Of a DNA stretch of 32,000 nt, positions 10,049-20,268 are shown piece after piece. The notes under the pieces were generated by a model, which saw only the letters and a list, made by a program, of their open reading frames with translations, did no database searches and was not told where the DNA came from. Each line of letters begins with the position of its first letter. Within the stretch, counting starts at the first letter, position 1. Made by a program: the position numbers and the translations under genes. The DNA is taken from the NCBI RefSeq assembly GCF_000283555.1, contig NC_016012.1, positions 1,290,001 to 1,322,000 on the forward strand. Direction: 5' to 3'. Source of the stretch: Candidatus Arthromitus sp. SFB-rat-Yit (GTDB taxonomy: Bacteria > Bacillota > Clostridia > Clostridiales > Clostridiaceae).

Positions 10049-10960
10049 CTAAACACTTTCTATATATTTTTCAGCCATGATCGATGCAACTGCACCATCA
10101 GATGATGCCGTAACAATTTGTCTTAAAGGTTTTTGTCTTAAATCTCCCGCAACAAACACTCCAGGTACGTTTGTTTTTGTATCTTCCCCTGCTTTAACAT
10201 ACCCTGATTCATCTAAATCAATCTTATCTTTTATAATATCATTTATAGGATCTAATCCAACAAACACAAAACACCCATCTACATTTAATTCACTTTGTTC
10301 GTTTGTAATTTTGTTTCTTATAATCAATTTCTCTAAAACACCATTTCCTTGAGCCTCTTCAACAACACTATTTACTATAAATTCGATTTTCTCATGCTCC
10401 TTCGCTTTATCAAGTAGAGATTTAGCCGCTCTAAACTCATCCCTTCTGTGAATAATCTTTATTGATTTAGCAAACCTTGTAAGAAATAAAGCTTCAGTTA
10501 TCGCAGAATCTCCCCCTCCTATAACAGCTATATCCATGCCTTCAAAAAATGCTCCATCACAAGTAGCACAATAAGATACTCCCATACTCCTAAATTTATT
10601 TTCATTTTTAAATCCAGCAAGTCTTGGTTTCGCTCCCATAGCTAATATAATAGCTTTAGCTTTAAACTCATTTTCATAAGTTTTAACAACTTTTACTTCA
10701 GAATTTAATATCAAATCTTGAACACTCTCTTGTTTTATTTCAACTCCAAAATTTATAGCTTGTTGTTTCATATTATCAGATAAATCTGGTCCTGTTATTT
10801 TAAATACACCTGGATAATTCTCAACCTCATGCGTTGTAGAAGCCTGACCTCCAAAAGACTCTTTTTCAATCAAAAGTGTCTTTAATTTTGCTCTACCAGC
10901 ATAAATAGCCGCAGATAACCCTGCAGGTCCAGCCCCAACAATTATAACATCATACTTCAT
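10049..10960 (-). CDS. trxB: Thioredoxin-disulfide reductase
   Basis: 303 aa; [20 protein letters not shown], redox CATC ([12 protein letters not shown]), [23 protein letters not shown]. Confidence 0.95.
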   Translation of the reverse strand: MKYDVIIVGAGPAGLSAAIYAGRAKLKTLLIEKESFGGQASTTHEVENYPGVFKITGPDLSDNMKQQAINFGVEIKQESVQDLILNSEVKVVKTYENEFKAKAIILAMGAKPRLAGFKNENKFRSMGVSYCATCDGAFFEGMDIAVIGGGDSAITEALFLTRFAKSIKIIHRRDEFRAAKSLLDKAKEHEKIEFIVNSVVEEAQGNGVLEKLIIRNKITNEQSELNVDGCFVFVGLDPINDIIKDKIDLDESGYVKAGEDTKTNVPGVFVAGDLRQKPLRQIVTASSDGAVASIMAEKYIESV

Positions 10961-10972
10961 AAATAATCACCC

Positions 10973-11809
10973 CTATACACATTTTACAAAAACGCCTATA
11001 CTTTTACCTCCACTATAGGCACCAACCACACATCCTATATCTATAATATAATATTTGTATTTCTTATTATCAAGATAATTTTTAAAAAGTTCTACCAATT
11101 CATTACAATTAGAGTTCATTATATAAATTTTACTATTTTCGTCTAAATTTCCATTCTCTAAAAATTTAATTAAATACTCTAATATCTTCTTCTTCCTTAT
11201 TATACCTCCTAATAAAACAATTTTCCCATCTATAATTCCAATAACAGGTTTCATACAAATGATCTTAGAAATTTTACCTATCATTTTATTAACTCTTCCT
11301 GACATAAGTAAATTACTTATATCCCTAACTATAGCAATGCTATTTATTTTAGGTATTGTACATTCAATATTTTTACAAATTTCTTCAAACTCATATCCAT
11401 CTTTAACCATTTCAGCTGCCTCAGTAACAATCATCCCAAGTCCACCGCTTAAATTCAAACTATCATAAATAGCTATATCTTGAGTTTCGAGTATATCTTT
11501 TGCAATAAGTGCTGATTGACATGTAAAACTTGATTTACTTGATATGTGTATAGATATAATTTTATATCCCTTTGTTAAATACTTCTCATATACCTCTTTA
11601 AACACATCTGGATTAGGCTGAGATGTAGTGGGAAAATCTTCACATTCTAAAATTATCTTATTTAATTCTTCAAAAGTTATATCAACACCATCTACATAAG
11701 ATTTAGAATCTATATTAACATTTAAAGGAATAACCTCAATATCTAATTTTTCTATAGTATCCTTAGACAAATCACATGTACTATCTGTAATAATTTTTAT
11801 TTTATCCAA
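10973..11809 (-). CDS. DegV family fatty-acid-binding protein
   Basis: 278 aa; MDKIKIITDSTCDLSKD...EVIPLNVNID...FPTTSQPNPDVF...ISIHISSKSSFTCQSA...IYDSLNLSGGLG. Confidence 0.92.
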   Translation of the reverse strand: MDKIKIITDSTCDLSKDTIEKLDIEVIPLNVNIDSKSYVDGVDITFEELNKIILECEDFPTTSQPNPDVFKEVYEKYLTKGYKIISIHISSKSSFTCQSALIAKDILETQDIAIYDSLNLSGGLGMIVTEAAEMVKDGYEFEEICKNIECTIPKINSIAIVRDISNLLMSGRVNKMIGKISKIICMKPVIGIIDGKIVLLGGIIRKKKILEYLIKFLENGNLDENSKIYIMNSNCNELVELFKNYLDNKKYKYYIIDIGCVVGAYSGGKSIGVFVKCV

Positions 11810-11821
11810 AATATCCTCCTC

Positions 11822-12292
11822 TTACTTCATACCAGGAAATCCAACCTGCCTTAAGGCTTCGTATAATACTATGTTGGCTGTATTTGCTACATTTAAAGAT
11901 CTAGTTGTGGTATTTATCATCGGAATCCTTATCTTATTTTCATCTTTTATTATATCCATTATTTCCGTGGGTAATCCTCTTGATTCCTTACCAAACAAAA
12001 AACAATCCTCTCTCTTAAATGATACATCCGTGTAAAGTTTTCTTCCCTTAGTTGTGCATATGTAAATATTATGTTCCTTATATTTTTTATAAAAATCATA
12101 AAAGTTTTCATACAAATATAAATCCACATCTACCCAATAATCGAGACCAGCCCTTCTAACACTCTTATCGTCTAACGAAAAATTAAATGGTTTTATTAAA
12201 TGTAATTTTGAATTTGTAAGAACGCACGTTCTTCCTATATTCCCAGTATTTAAAGGTTTTTCAGGCTCAAATAATACTATATTAAAATTCAT
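11822..12292 (-). CDS. trmL: tRNA (cytidine(34)-2'-O)-methyltransferase (SPOUT family)
   Basis: 156 aa; NIVLFEPEKPLNTGNIGRTCVLTNSKLHLIKPFNF...CFLFGKESRGLP...IPMINTTTRSLNVANTANIVLYEALRQ. Confidence 0.92.
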   Translation of the reverse strand: MNFNIVLFEPEKPLNTGNIGRTCVLTNSKLHLIKPFNFSLDDKSVRRAGLDYWVDVDLYLYENFYDFYKKYKEHNIYICTTKGRKLYTDVSFKREDCFLFGKESRGLPTEIMDIIKDENKIRIPMINTTTRSLNVANTANIVLYEALRQVGFPGMK

Positions 12293-12319
12293 TCTATATC
12301 TCCTCCAAACAAATAATAA

Positions 12320-12345
12320 AGGATTATATATAAAAATATAATCCT
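12320..12345 (-). terminator. Probable terminator downstream of the vanW gene
   Basis: aggattata/tataatcct 9-bp stem, followed on the minus strand by TTTATTATTTG. Confidence 0.55.
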
Positions 12346-12366
12346 CTTTTAAAATTGATATTTAAC

Positions 12367-13770
12367 CTATTTAGTTCCAACTCTTATAATCTTATCTTGT
12401 GGAGCATAATAATCGTTCCAAACATATTTCTTTTCTACAGTTTTCCCAGTACTTTTTTCCTTTGAAACAAGATACACTTTAACTTTGCTTCCATTAACAC
12501 CATTTTTTTGTACAACCTGAGTTCCTTTAGCCAAAGTATTATCATTAACATATTTAGTTGAATAAGCAATCGTTTCCTGATTTTCAGCAACTGTTGAATA
12601 GGTTTTATCTACCGCAGTTACATCCCCATATATAGATATAGTAAGATTTCTTCCTTCTGTTGATACATCAATTAAAATTGGGAAATCATATGTATTTTTA
12701 AACACATAATCAAGACTACCCCAAGCAACAGCAGCATCAAAACCAAGAGGCATATAAGATGTCGGAAGAGAATGATTTCTTCTTTGAGTTGGTAGTATAC
12801 CAGCCCTAACAACAGCTTGATGAAGAGTACTAGAGGTTTGACAAATACCTCCACCTAAACCTGATTCATAAACATTTCCAACTATTATAGCTGCATCTTT
12901 AAATCCTCTTTCTCTAGTTCTTTGTCCAACTGTACTATTAAAACTAAAACTTTCACCTGGTAGAAGTATAGTTCCATTTATAAAATTTGCAGAAAGTTCA
13001 ACATTTGTAGCTCTCTCATTAGATGAGCTTTTATATGAAGTAGAATAAGATGAGATTTTTCCATTTATCTTACCAAGAACATCTGACGTATATTTAGGAT
13101 CTACATTTTTTGTATTTAATTTTACACCATTTCGGAATGCCGAAGATGGATCCACATCCTTTATCATTCTTATAAGTACTTCTTTGTCAATTTCAATACC
13201 GTCATAACTTTCCTGAATAATTATAGGTTGTCCATCTACTATATATACCTCTGAATTAATAGGATTAACATTAAACTTACTTGATAATTTATCATATAAA
13301 CTATCGATTTGATCATCAGAAATATCAAATATTTCGCTTAACTTAATATCTATAGTCTTATGTGGATTTAATATATGATTTACTTTTTTAGTATAAGTTA
13401 ACCCCTCTGAGAAACTAAACGCTTCCTCTATAGCTTTATCATAATCATAAGTTATACCTAATTCATTACCTTGTATGCTTGTACTTTCATCATTTAATTT
13501 AAATTCAACACTACCATTAGTCACGCTACCAGAAAATTTTTCTATTAAAAATTCCTTTAAAGCTGATCTACTTAACCCGCTTACATCTACATTATTTATT
13601 GTTACTCCTTCATAAACTTTTCCTTCCCAGTCATTTACAATACTTGAAATCTTATAATTTATAAAACTAATAGGAAGAGCAATACTTAAAATAATGAAAA
13701 TATTAAATATAACCGATAATATACTTTTTTCTAATCGTAAATTTTTATATGTTCTTAGTATTCTATACAT
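12367..13770 (-). CDS. VanW family protein with a C-terminal G5 domain (membrane/cell wall associated)
   Basis: 467 aa: N-terminal membrane segment, peptidoglycan-binding-like region (YEGVTINNVDVSGLSR), VanW core (NGTILLPGESFSFNSTVGQRTRERGFKDAAIIVGN...GGGICQTSSTLHQAVVRAG) and a G5-like tail. Confidence 0.88.
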   Translation of the reverse strand: MYRILRTYKNLRLEKSILSVIFNIFIILSIALPISFINYKISSIVNDWEGKVYEGVTINNVDVSGLSRSALKEFLIEKFSGSVTNGSVEFKLNDESTSIQGNELGITYDYDKAIEEAFSFSEGLTYTKKVNHILNPHKTIDIKLSEIFDISDDQIDSLYDKLSSKFNVNPINSEVYIVDGQPIIIQESYDGIEIDKEVLIRMIKDVDPSSAFRNGVKLNTKNVDPKYTSDVLGKINGKISSYSTSYKSSSNERATNVELSANFINGTILLPGESFSFNSTVGQRTRERGFKDAAIIVGNVYESGLGGGICQTSSTLHQAVVRAGILPTQRRNHSLPTSYMPLGFDAAVAWGSLDYVFKNTYDFPILIDVSTEGRNLTISIYGDVTAVDKTYSTVAENQETIAYSTKYVNDNTLAKGTQVVQKNGVNGSKVKVYLVSKEKSTGKTVEKKYVWNDYYAPQDKIIRVGTK

Positions 13771-13890
13771 CCTTATACTCCTAGATTTTAAATTAATTTA
13801 CAAATATGTTAGAATCATACCACAAATTAAATTATAATACTATAAAAAAAATACAAACCATAAAATGATTTGTATTAAATATATCTTATA

Positions 13891-14784
13891 TTAATTAATT
13901 GAACTTTCTATTATATTGTCTACTAATGATTTAAAATCTAATCCTGCAAGTCTACCCATTTTGGGAAATAGACTTCCTTCTGTCATACCTGGTAAAGTAT
14001 TTATCTCAAGAAAATATGGAATCCCATCTTTTAAAATAAAATCTATTCTCGAATAAATCCTGCAATTTAAAACATCATAACATTTTTTTGAAATTTCTTT
14101 AATCATTCTATCTAAATCTTCCGAAAGCTCTATAGGTTCTTCAATACTTGTATTATCATATTTAGATATATAGTTAAAAAACTCATGATTTTGAGGAATT
14201 ATTTTAAATATCGGAAGTGCTTCACCATTTAATATCCCACAAGTTATTTCTTGTCCTTCTATGAATTCTTCAATCAATAATTTATCATCATAGCCAAATG
14301 ACTCTTTCACATTTTTTAATAATTCATCCATAGTTTCACATTTAACGATACCAACGCTAGATCCTCCAAAATTCGGCTTCACAATAATTGGAAAAGTTAA
14401 ATCTATATTACATAAATCATACTTCTTATCTACAATAATTCCCCTTGGCATTTGTACAGCATAATCACTTAAAACTTTCTTAACTAAATATTTATTCATA
14501 CATAATGAACTTGTTGAAAAATCAGATCCATTATATTTAATGCCCATAGAATCTAAAATACTTTGAACTTGTCCATCTTCACCAAATTTCCCATGAAGTG
14601 CAATAAATACAAAATCTAATCCCTTACATTTGAATATATCCTCTTTTTTATTTAAAAATATTTCCACAACATTATATTTCTCTTCATCAAGTATATTAAT
14701 TATTTGTTTCCCTGTATTTATAGAAACTTCTCGTTCAGATGATATACCACCATATAAAACACCTAATTTCATTTTTCTACTCAT
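13891..14784 (-). CDS. ddl: D-alanine--D-alanine ligase
   Basis: 297 aa; KLGVLYGGISSEREVSINTG, FIALHGKFGEDGQVQ, PIIVKPNFGGSSVGI, EEFIEGQEITCGIL, EINTLPGMTEGSLFP. Confidence 0.94.
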   Translation of the reverse strand: MSRKMKLGVLYGGISSEREVSINTGKQIINILDEEKYNVVEIFLNKKEDIFKCKGLDFVFIALHGKFGEDGQVQSILDSMGIKYNGSDFSTSSLCMNKYLVKKVLSDYAVQMPRGIIVDKKYDLCNIDLTFPIIVKPNFGGSSVGIVKCETMDELLKNVKESFGYDDKLLIEEFIEGQEITCGILNGEALPIFKIIPQNHEFFNYISKYDNTSIEEPIELSEDLDRMIKEISKKCYDVLNCRIYSRIDFILKDGIPYFLEINTLPGMTEGSLFPKMGRLAGLDFKSLVDNIIESSIN

Positions 14785-14795
14785 ACATGCTCTCC

Positions 14796-15425
14796 TTAAT
14801 TATTTTGTTTGTAATACTTACAATATTCTTTTATTTTACATTCTCCACAATTAGGTTTTCTTGATGTACAGCACCTCCTACCATGAAAAATAATTGTATG
14901 GTGACAAATTGTCCATAAACTCTCATCAATATTTTTCATAAGTTCTAACTCTGTTTGCTCCGGTGTTTTTGAATTAGCTATACCTATCCTATTAGACACT
15001 CTAAACACATGTACATCTACAGCAAAAGCCTGAACCCCAAAACAGTTAGATATAACAACATTTGCCGTTTTACGACCTACACCAGGTAAAGTTATTAATT
15101 CATCCCTAGTTTTTGGAACCTCGCCATTAAACTCTTCTTTTAAAATCTTACATAAATTTATGATATTTTTACTCTTCGTTCTATATAACCCAATACATTT
15201 TATCTTATCTTTAAGCTTTTCCTCATCTAAGTTCAAAAAATCTTCTAGCTTAGGATATTCTGAAAATAAACTATTTGTAACCTCATTTACTTTTTTATCT
15301 GTAGTTTGAGCAGATAAAACTGTAGCTATAAGTAATTGAAATGGACTTTCATATTCAAGTTCACACTTAGCATCAGGGTAACTTTCAATCAATTTATCCA
15401 CTATAATCTTAAACTTCTTCCTCAT
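14796..15425 (-). CDS. nth: Endonuclease III (FeS)
   Basis: 209 aa; FQLLIATVLSAQTTDKKVNEVT, ELITLPGVGRKTANVVISN (HhH), VDVHVFRVSNRIG; C-terminal Fe-S cysteines CTSRKPNCGECKIKEYC. Confidence 0.94.
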   Translation of the reverse strand: MRKKFKIIVDKLIESYPDAKCELEYESPFQLLIATVLSAQTTDKKVNEVTNSLFSEYPKLEDFLNLDEEKLKDKIKCIGLYRTKSKNIINLCKILKEEFNGEVPKTRDELITLPGVGRKTANVVISNCFGVQAFAVDVHVFRVSNRIGIANSKTPEQTELELMKNIDESLWTICHHTIIFHGRRCCTSRKPNCGECKIKEYCKYYKQNN

Positions 15426-16143
15426 ATACCCCTCTATACTCTCTGGGAAGCATGCTTGATATCTTACTCATTAATGTATTTATAAACCTTTCTTCAAACT
15501 CTTCCTTAGTTTCAGTTTTAATCTTTTCCGGTATATTTATCTTATCCCCAATGCTAACATATACATCTGCATTATTAAAAGTTTCATTATTCATATTACC
15601 CTCCTTATCTATTGGCATAAATTTCTCACTTCCATAAATGGCAATAGGGACAATTGGAACTTTACATAGTTTTGCTATTAAATAAATACCTTTTTTCGCT
15701 TTTATCATTTTCCCATTACGACTTCGTGTACCTTCTGGGAAAATCAAAATATTATTTCCATTTCTAACATGTTTTACCAAATTAGAAATTGCACTCTTAT
15801 CAGGAGAAGAAGGAGTTATTTGTATATTTTTTACTATTTTACATCCTAAATTTGTCATCGGGTCTTGTGTTAATTTAACTCCCATTATAAAAGTTACATC
15901 TTGATTTTTTAATACCTTATTCAATATAAGCCCATCTGCATTACTCAAATGATTACAAATAAAAATAACAGGTGCCTTTATTACTCTAAGTTTCTCTTCT
16001 CCTATAATTCTTAATCTTGCATACTTATTTATGTACCTATCTATACCAAAATTTATTATTTTATTCATAATACTCTCAGGTATTATTTTTTCTAAAAACA
16101 ATATTATATTTACCAAAATTTTCATAAGAGATATTTTTTTCAT
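15409..16143 (-). CDS. plsC: 1-acyl-sn-glycerol-3-phosphate acyltransferase (PlsC family)
   Basis: 244 aa; FICNHLSNADGLIL (NHxxxxD) and ILIFPEGTRSRNGKMIKAKKGI. Overlaps nth by 17 nt. Confidence 0.88.
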   Translation of the reverse strand: MKKISLMKILVNIILFLEKIIPESIMNKIINFGIDRYINKYARLRIIGEEKLRVIKAPVIFICNHLSNADGLILNKVLKNQDVTFIMGVKLTQDPMTNLGCKIVKNIQITPSSPDKSAISNLVKHVRNGNNILIFPEGTRSRNGKMIKAKKGIYLIAKLCKVPIVPIAIYGSEKFMPIDKEGNMNNETFNNADVYVSIGDKINIPEKIKTETKEEFEERFINTLMSKISSMLPREYRGVYEEEV

Positions 16144-16146
16144 TAT

Positions 16147-17157
16147 CTATTCCTCAAAATTATTATATAAAAATAAGTTTTTATAATTATTTAACTCCTC
16201 ATTATTCTCAAGAGATAAACTGTGCAAAAACTCTTTGTTATTCATATTTCTAATCAAAGAATTCCTTTTTAAAATTTTTTTCCCTCTCCAAGAACATGCG
16301 AGTTTCTTAAAATTATTCTTAAAAAAACTATTATCCATATTTACAATATCTTCATCACTTATATTCTCAATGAATTTTAAGGTATCAAATTCATCTATAA
16401 AAGAATACTTTATATTTTTATTTTTAATGCATTCATCTTGACATATATCACACCCAAAAATCATGTTATTTAATTTATTCATCTCATACATGCTCAATTT
16501 CTTCTGCTGTGTTAAATTGGACACACATAATCTAAAATTCTTGTCAAATAATATTTTATTTGGACACTTATATAAACATTTTTTGCATATGCCACATTCT
16601 CTAAATAATGATATGTCATCAAACTTTTTTTTATAATATTCATAAGAATTTTTAACACTTAATTTAGCGTTTGTTATGATTTCTCCTAAAAAAACATACG
16701 ATCCATATTCACTTGTATAAATCAAACTATTTCTACCAATATGTCCAATGCCGCACAAATAAGCTATATATCTTTCTGGCAAATTATTAGTATCACAAAA
16801 TAATTTAAATTCATATCCGCTCATTTCTATAAAATAAGCTATTTTTTCTAAATATGATAAAACCACTTTATGATAATCCTCTCCCTGCGTGTACTTAGAA
16901 AATTTTTGGTTATAAGTACTATATTCTCTATAATAAGGTATAGCAATAGAAATTATTGTTTCCCCATTTTCTAAATATAAAAAAGGATTTATTCTACTAT
17001 CTATATCTCTATTTTCAAATTCTGTTAAATCTCCATTTTCACTCTTGAATTTTAAATAATCATATAATTCTATAAATTTTCTACACTCAGTAAAACCATA
17101 CAAAATACCTAAAAAATTCATATAATCTACGAGTGTTTCCCTAAGCTTATTATCCAT
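16147..17157 (-). CDS. queG: Epoxyqueuosine reductase, short form
   Basis: 336 aa; YHKVVLSYLEKIAYFIEMSGYEFKLFCDTNNLPERYIAYLCGIGHIGRNSLIYTSEYGSYVFLGEIIT; two [4Fe-4S] motifs (CGICKKCLYKCP, CDICQDEC). Confidence 0.88.
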   Translation of the reverse strand: MDNKLRETLVDYMNFLGILYGFTECRKFIELYDYLKFKSENGDLTEFENRDIDSRINPFLYLENGETIISIAIPYYREYSTYNQKFSKYTQGEDYHKVVLSYLEKIAYFIEMSGYEFKLFCDTNNLPERYIAYLCGIGHIGRNSLIYTSEYGSYVFLGEIITNAKLSVKNSYEYYKKKFDDISLFRECGICKKCLYKCPNKILFDKNFRLCVSNLTQQKKLSMYEMNKLNNMIFGCDICQDECIKNKNIKYSFIDEFDTLKFIENISDEDIVNMDNSFFKNNFKKLACSWRGKKILKRNSLIRNMNNKEFLHSLSLENNEELNNYKNLFLYNNFEE

Positions 17158-17172
17158 TTTATTATAATTAAT

Positions 17173-18429
17173 CTAAATCCTCAAAAATTCCTTTGTTAAT
17201 ATATCGTGTATAAATAATGACCCCATTAATTTACCACATCTATGTATAACCGGAATAGTAATTAAATTATATTTTAGAAAAACTCCTATTACTGATTCTA
17301 AATCATCATCATCATATACAGATATAAATTCTTTATCCATTATTTCAAACACATTAATGTTTCTATCTAAAAATATTAAGGATCTAAAATCAACTACTCC
17401 TTTTAAAATATTATTTTCATCGAGTATATAAATATTATATAAATACTGCTCTCTAACATTAGTGCTTTTTACAATATCAATTATTTCACCAAGTTTTAAA
17501 TTTATATTAAAACTTATAAACTCAGTATTCATTATACTTCCAACCTTATTTTCATCATAAGACATTATATTTTTTATATCATCAATATCACTTTTTTCCA
17601 AATTTATAAGTATTCTTTCCTTTAATGACTCATCAACCTTCTCTAAAATATCGACAAGCTCGTAATTTGGAATATAATTAAGTATACTTATTACCTTAGA
17701 GTCGCTCAAATTTTTTATTATGTCAATTCTCATATCCAAATCTTCCATCTCTTCTAATATTTCACTTGCTAAATTATCATTAAAGCTTTCAAATAATTTT
17801 TTTCTATTATTATCATCTAAATCCTCTAGAATTTCAACAATATCAGCAGGATGCATTTTACATAATTTAGACTGAGGTACAGATATAAGTAATCCATTTT
17901 CAATAAACTGAATCGACTCCATATCCTCCCATTTTATGACCGTATCCTCAAGATTTTTAAACATTTTATTTATAAATTTTTTAATAAATTTAGGAACATA
18001 TTTTATATTGTATTTCCTCAGAAATGTTGTAACCCCACTCTCAATAGCAACAACTCTAAGTTCATTTCCTATACTAGCCATATGAACATCTATTATTTTA
18101 ACAACCTTTTTCCCATTTATATCTATAATTTGTTTGTTCAATATTTCTTTAGAAAGCCTATATTTATAACTCTTAGGTATTATATTAAACACTCCAGATA
18201 CTTTAATTATGATACTTCTCCTATATTTATAAAATTTTATCTGTCTAAACTCGTAGTAAAAATCCTCTCCATCCCTTAAAACTTTATATCCAATAGATAT
18301 AGGATATCCTCTCTCAGTTGAAATATAAATATCCTTTAGTTTCCCTAAAGTATCTCCAAATTCATCATAAATTTTCTTATTCAAAATATTCCTAAAATAA
18401 ACTAAATTAAGTTTCTCCAATAAAATCAC
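17173..18429 (-). CDS. Soluble PRC-barrel + MgtE N-terminal domain + CBS-domain protein
   Basis: 418 aa. PRC-barrel-like start (KIYDEFGDTLGKLKDIYI), MgtE_N region (LHPADIVEILEDLDDNNRKKLFESFNDNLASEILEEMEDLD...), CBS region (MNTEFISFNINLKLGEIIDIVKS...LKGVVDFRSLIF...VPVIHRCGKLMGSLFIHDIL). No MgtE transmembrane channel domain. Confidence 0.8.
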   Translation of the reverse strand: MILLEKLNLVYFRNILNKKIYDEFGDTLGKLKDIYISTERGYPISIGYKVLRDGEDFYYEFRQIKFYKYRRSIIIKVSGVFNIIPKSYKYRLSKEILNKQIIDINGKKVVKIIDVHMASIGNELRVVAIESGVTTFLRKYNIKYVPKFIKKFINKMFKNLEDTVIKWEDMESIQFIENGLLISVPQSKLCKMHPADIVEILEDLDDNNRKKLFESFNDNLASEILEEMEDLDMRIDIIKNLSDSKVISILNYIPNYELVDILEKVDESLKERILINLEKSDIDDIKNIMSYDENKVGSIMNTEFISFNINLKLGEIIDIVKSTNVREQYLYNIYILDENNILKGVVDFRSLIFLDRNINVFEIMDKEFISVYDDDDLESVIGVFLKYNLITIPVIHRCGKLMGSLFIHDILTKEFLRI

Positions 18430-18445
18430 TCCATATAAATCGTTT

Positions 18446-18847
18446 TTATTTTAAATCAATAATACTTGAATTACCTTTAGGGGAATATATACTCAAAAAT
18501 TTATGTTTAAAATCAGTATCTAAATTAAGCAACAACTCCTGTTCAATTTCAAGTTTTATAAAGTCCCAATTTATAATCTCACATAAAACATCACACTTCA
18601 TTTTTACATATCTCAAATAACATTGTTGAACTTTACAAATGGACTCAAGTAACACATCTATTATACATCCTAATTCCTCAACTTGTTTTATAGCTCTTCT
18701 CTTCTTCCTCTTAGATATTAAAACATTTAGGTTGATGTCATTCAAAGTTGATACTAAATTTCTATAATTTATAACATAAACATCAAGCATTTTTAACAAA
18801 TTTGCTAAATCATTATGATAAATATCTATAGCACTTTTATAAGACAT
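18446..18847 (-). CDS. Hypothetical protein, 133 aa
   Basis: Open frame co-directional with 17173..18429 and only 16 nt upstream of it. Helix-rich; no family recognised. Confidence 0.55.
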   Translation of the reverse strand: MSYKSAIDIYHNDLANLLKMLDVYVINYRNLVSTLNDINLNVLISKRKKRRAIKQVEELGCIIDVLLESICKVQQCYLRYVKMKCDVLCEIINWDFIKLEIEQELLLNLDTDFKHKFLSIYSPKGNSSIIDLK

Positions 18848-19047
18848 AAGCTCAAATAATCCTTTAATACTGTTGAATCTAAAGTATTATATTAATCCTA
18901 ACATGTAAATGTGATATAAAACTCTATAGTAATATAACTCAATTAAATAAAATTATATATGTATTTACTCATATATTTACATAATAATTTTATTTAAGAT
19001 AATACTAATCTAAATAACAATTAAACATATGGAGGATAAATTTAAAA

Positions 19048-19689
19048 ATGCTTATAGTATTATCAAGAACTATAATACTTTTCATAGTAATGTTCTTTAC
19101 AATGAAAATGATGGGAAAAAGATATATAGCTCAACTAGAACCTTATGAATTTGTAGTTTCAATAATGATTGCGGAACTTGCGACCCTTCCACTTGAAGAT
19201 ATATCAATTCCCCTTTTATATGGAATTATTTGTATTTTAACAATATTATTTATCGAATTTATATTGTCTCAAATTCAACTTAAAAGTATAAAACTCAGAA
19301 AATTATTCGGAGGTAAATCTATAATCTTGGTTAAAGATGGTAAATTTATCAAAGAAAATTTAAGAAAAGAAAAATTAACAATAAATGATGTGTTAGAAGA
19401 TCTGAGATCTAGCGGAAACTATGATTTATCAAAAATAGGTTTTGCCATGCTAGAGCGTAGTGGGAAAATTACGATAATACCTAAAAATAACGAAAATGAA
19501 AAAATATATCTTCCAACTTCTATAATAATAGATGGAGAAATCGTAAAAGATGGACTTAAATACATAAATAGAAACAATGATTGGCTTATGAAACAACTTA
19601 AAAATAATAAAATAAAATCTATTAAAGATGTACTATACGCATATACGGACTCAAACGGTACATTCAAATATCAATTAGAAACAAAATAA
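19048..19689 (+). CDS. DUF421 (YetF-like) membrane protein
   Basis: 213 aa; FTMKMMGKRYIAQLEPYEFVVSIMIAELATLPLED, GGKSIILVKDGKFIKENLRKEKLTINDVLEDLR, TSIIIDGEIVKDGLKY. GGAGG upstream. Confidence 0.87.
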   Translation: MLIVLSRTIILFIVMFFTMKMMGKRYIAQLEPYEFVVSIMIAELATLPLEDISIPLLYGIICILTILFIEFILSQIQLKSIKLRKLFGGKSIILVKDGKFIKENLRKEKLTINDVLEDLRSSGNYDLSKIGFAMLERSGKITIIPKNNENEKIYLPTSIIIDGEIVKDGLKYINRNNDWLMKQLKNNKIKSIKDVLYAYTDSNGTFKYQLETK

Positions 19690-19713
19690 TGATTTAAAAA
19701 GGAAATAATAATT

Positions 19714-20103
19714 ATGAAACTTAATCTAAAAAATATAGCTGTATATGGATCTTACGCTTTAGTTATACTCATTATAATATCTTCATTCATATATCTTAAA
19801 CAATCGACATCTCAAATAAATAAAAAACTTGATAACATAAAAACATGCATAGAAAATGATGACTGGGAATCCTCATTAGAATTATTTAATGAATTTGAAC
19901 TCACACACAAAAAAAATTTGGAGTGCTTCTCATTATTTACAAATAAAAATAATTTACATGAAGCCTTATTATCAATTAAAAATATTTATATAAATATTTT
20001 GTTGAGAGATAAATATATATGTATATCAAATATCGAAACTCTTAAATTCCACATAGAACATATCCTAGATTCCCAAACTCCAAAAATTAAAAATATATTA
20101 TAA
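19714..20103 (+). CDS. DUF4363-like membrane-anchored protein
   Basis: 129 aa; N-terminal TM followed by NKKLDNIKTCIENDDWESSLELFNEFE. It follows the DUF421 gene, and this pairing is familiar in Clostridia. Confidence 0.6.
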   Translation: MKLNLKNIAVYGSYALVILIIISSFIYLKQSTSQINKKLDNIKTCIENDDWESSLELFNEFELTHKKNLECFSLFTNKNNLHEALLSIKNIYINILLRDKYICISNIETLKFHIEHILDSQTPKIKNIL

Positions 20104-20268
20104 AAATATTAATATTTTTAAATAATATTATTTAATTTTGCCATAATATTGTTATCATAATATTTTACCTAGTAATAAAGTTTTGATTTTTTATATTTTG
20201 ATATTATAATAAAAAAGTGAATAATTTAATATATAAAGTTATAGTAATTTTTATTAGGGAGTGATTAT

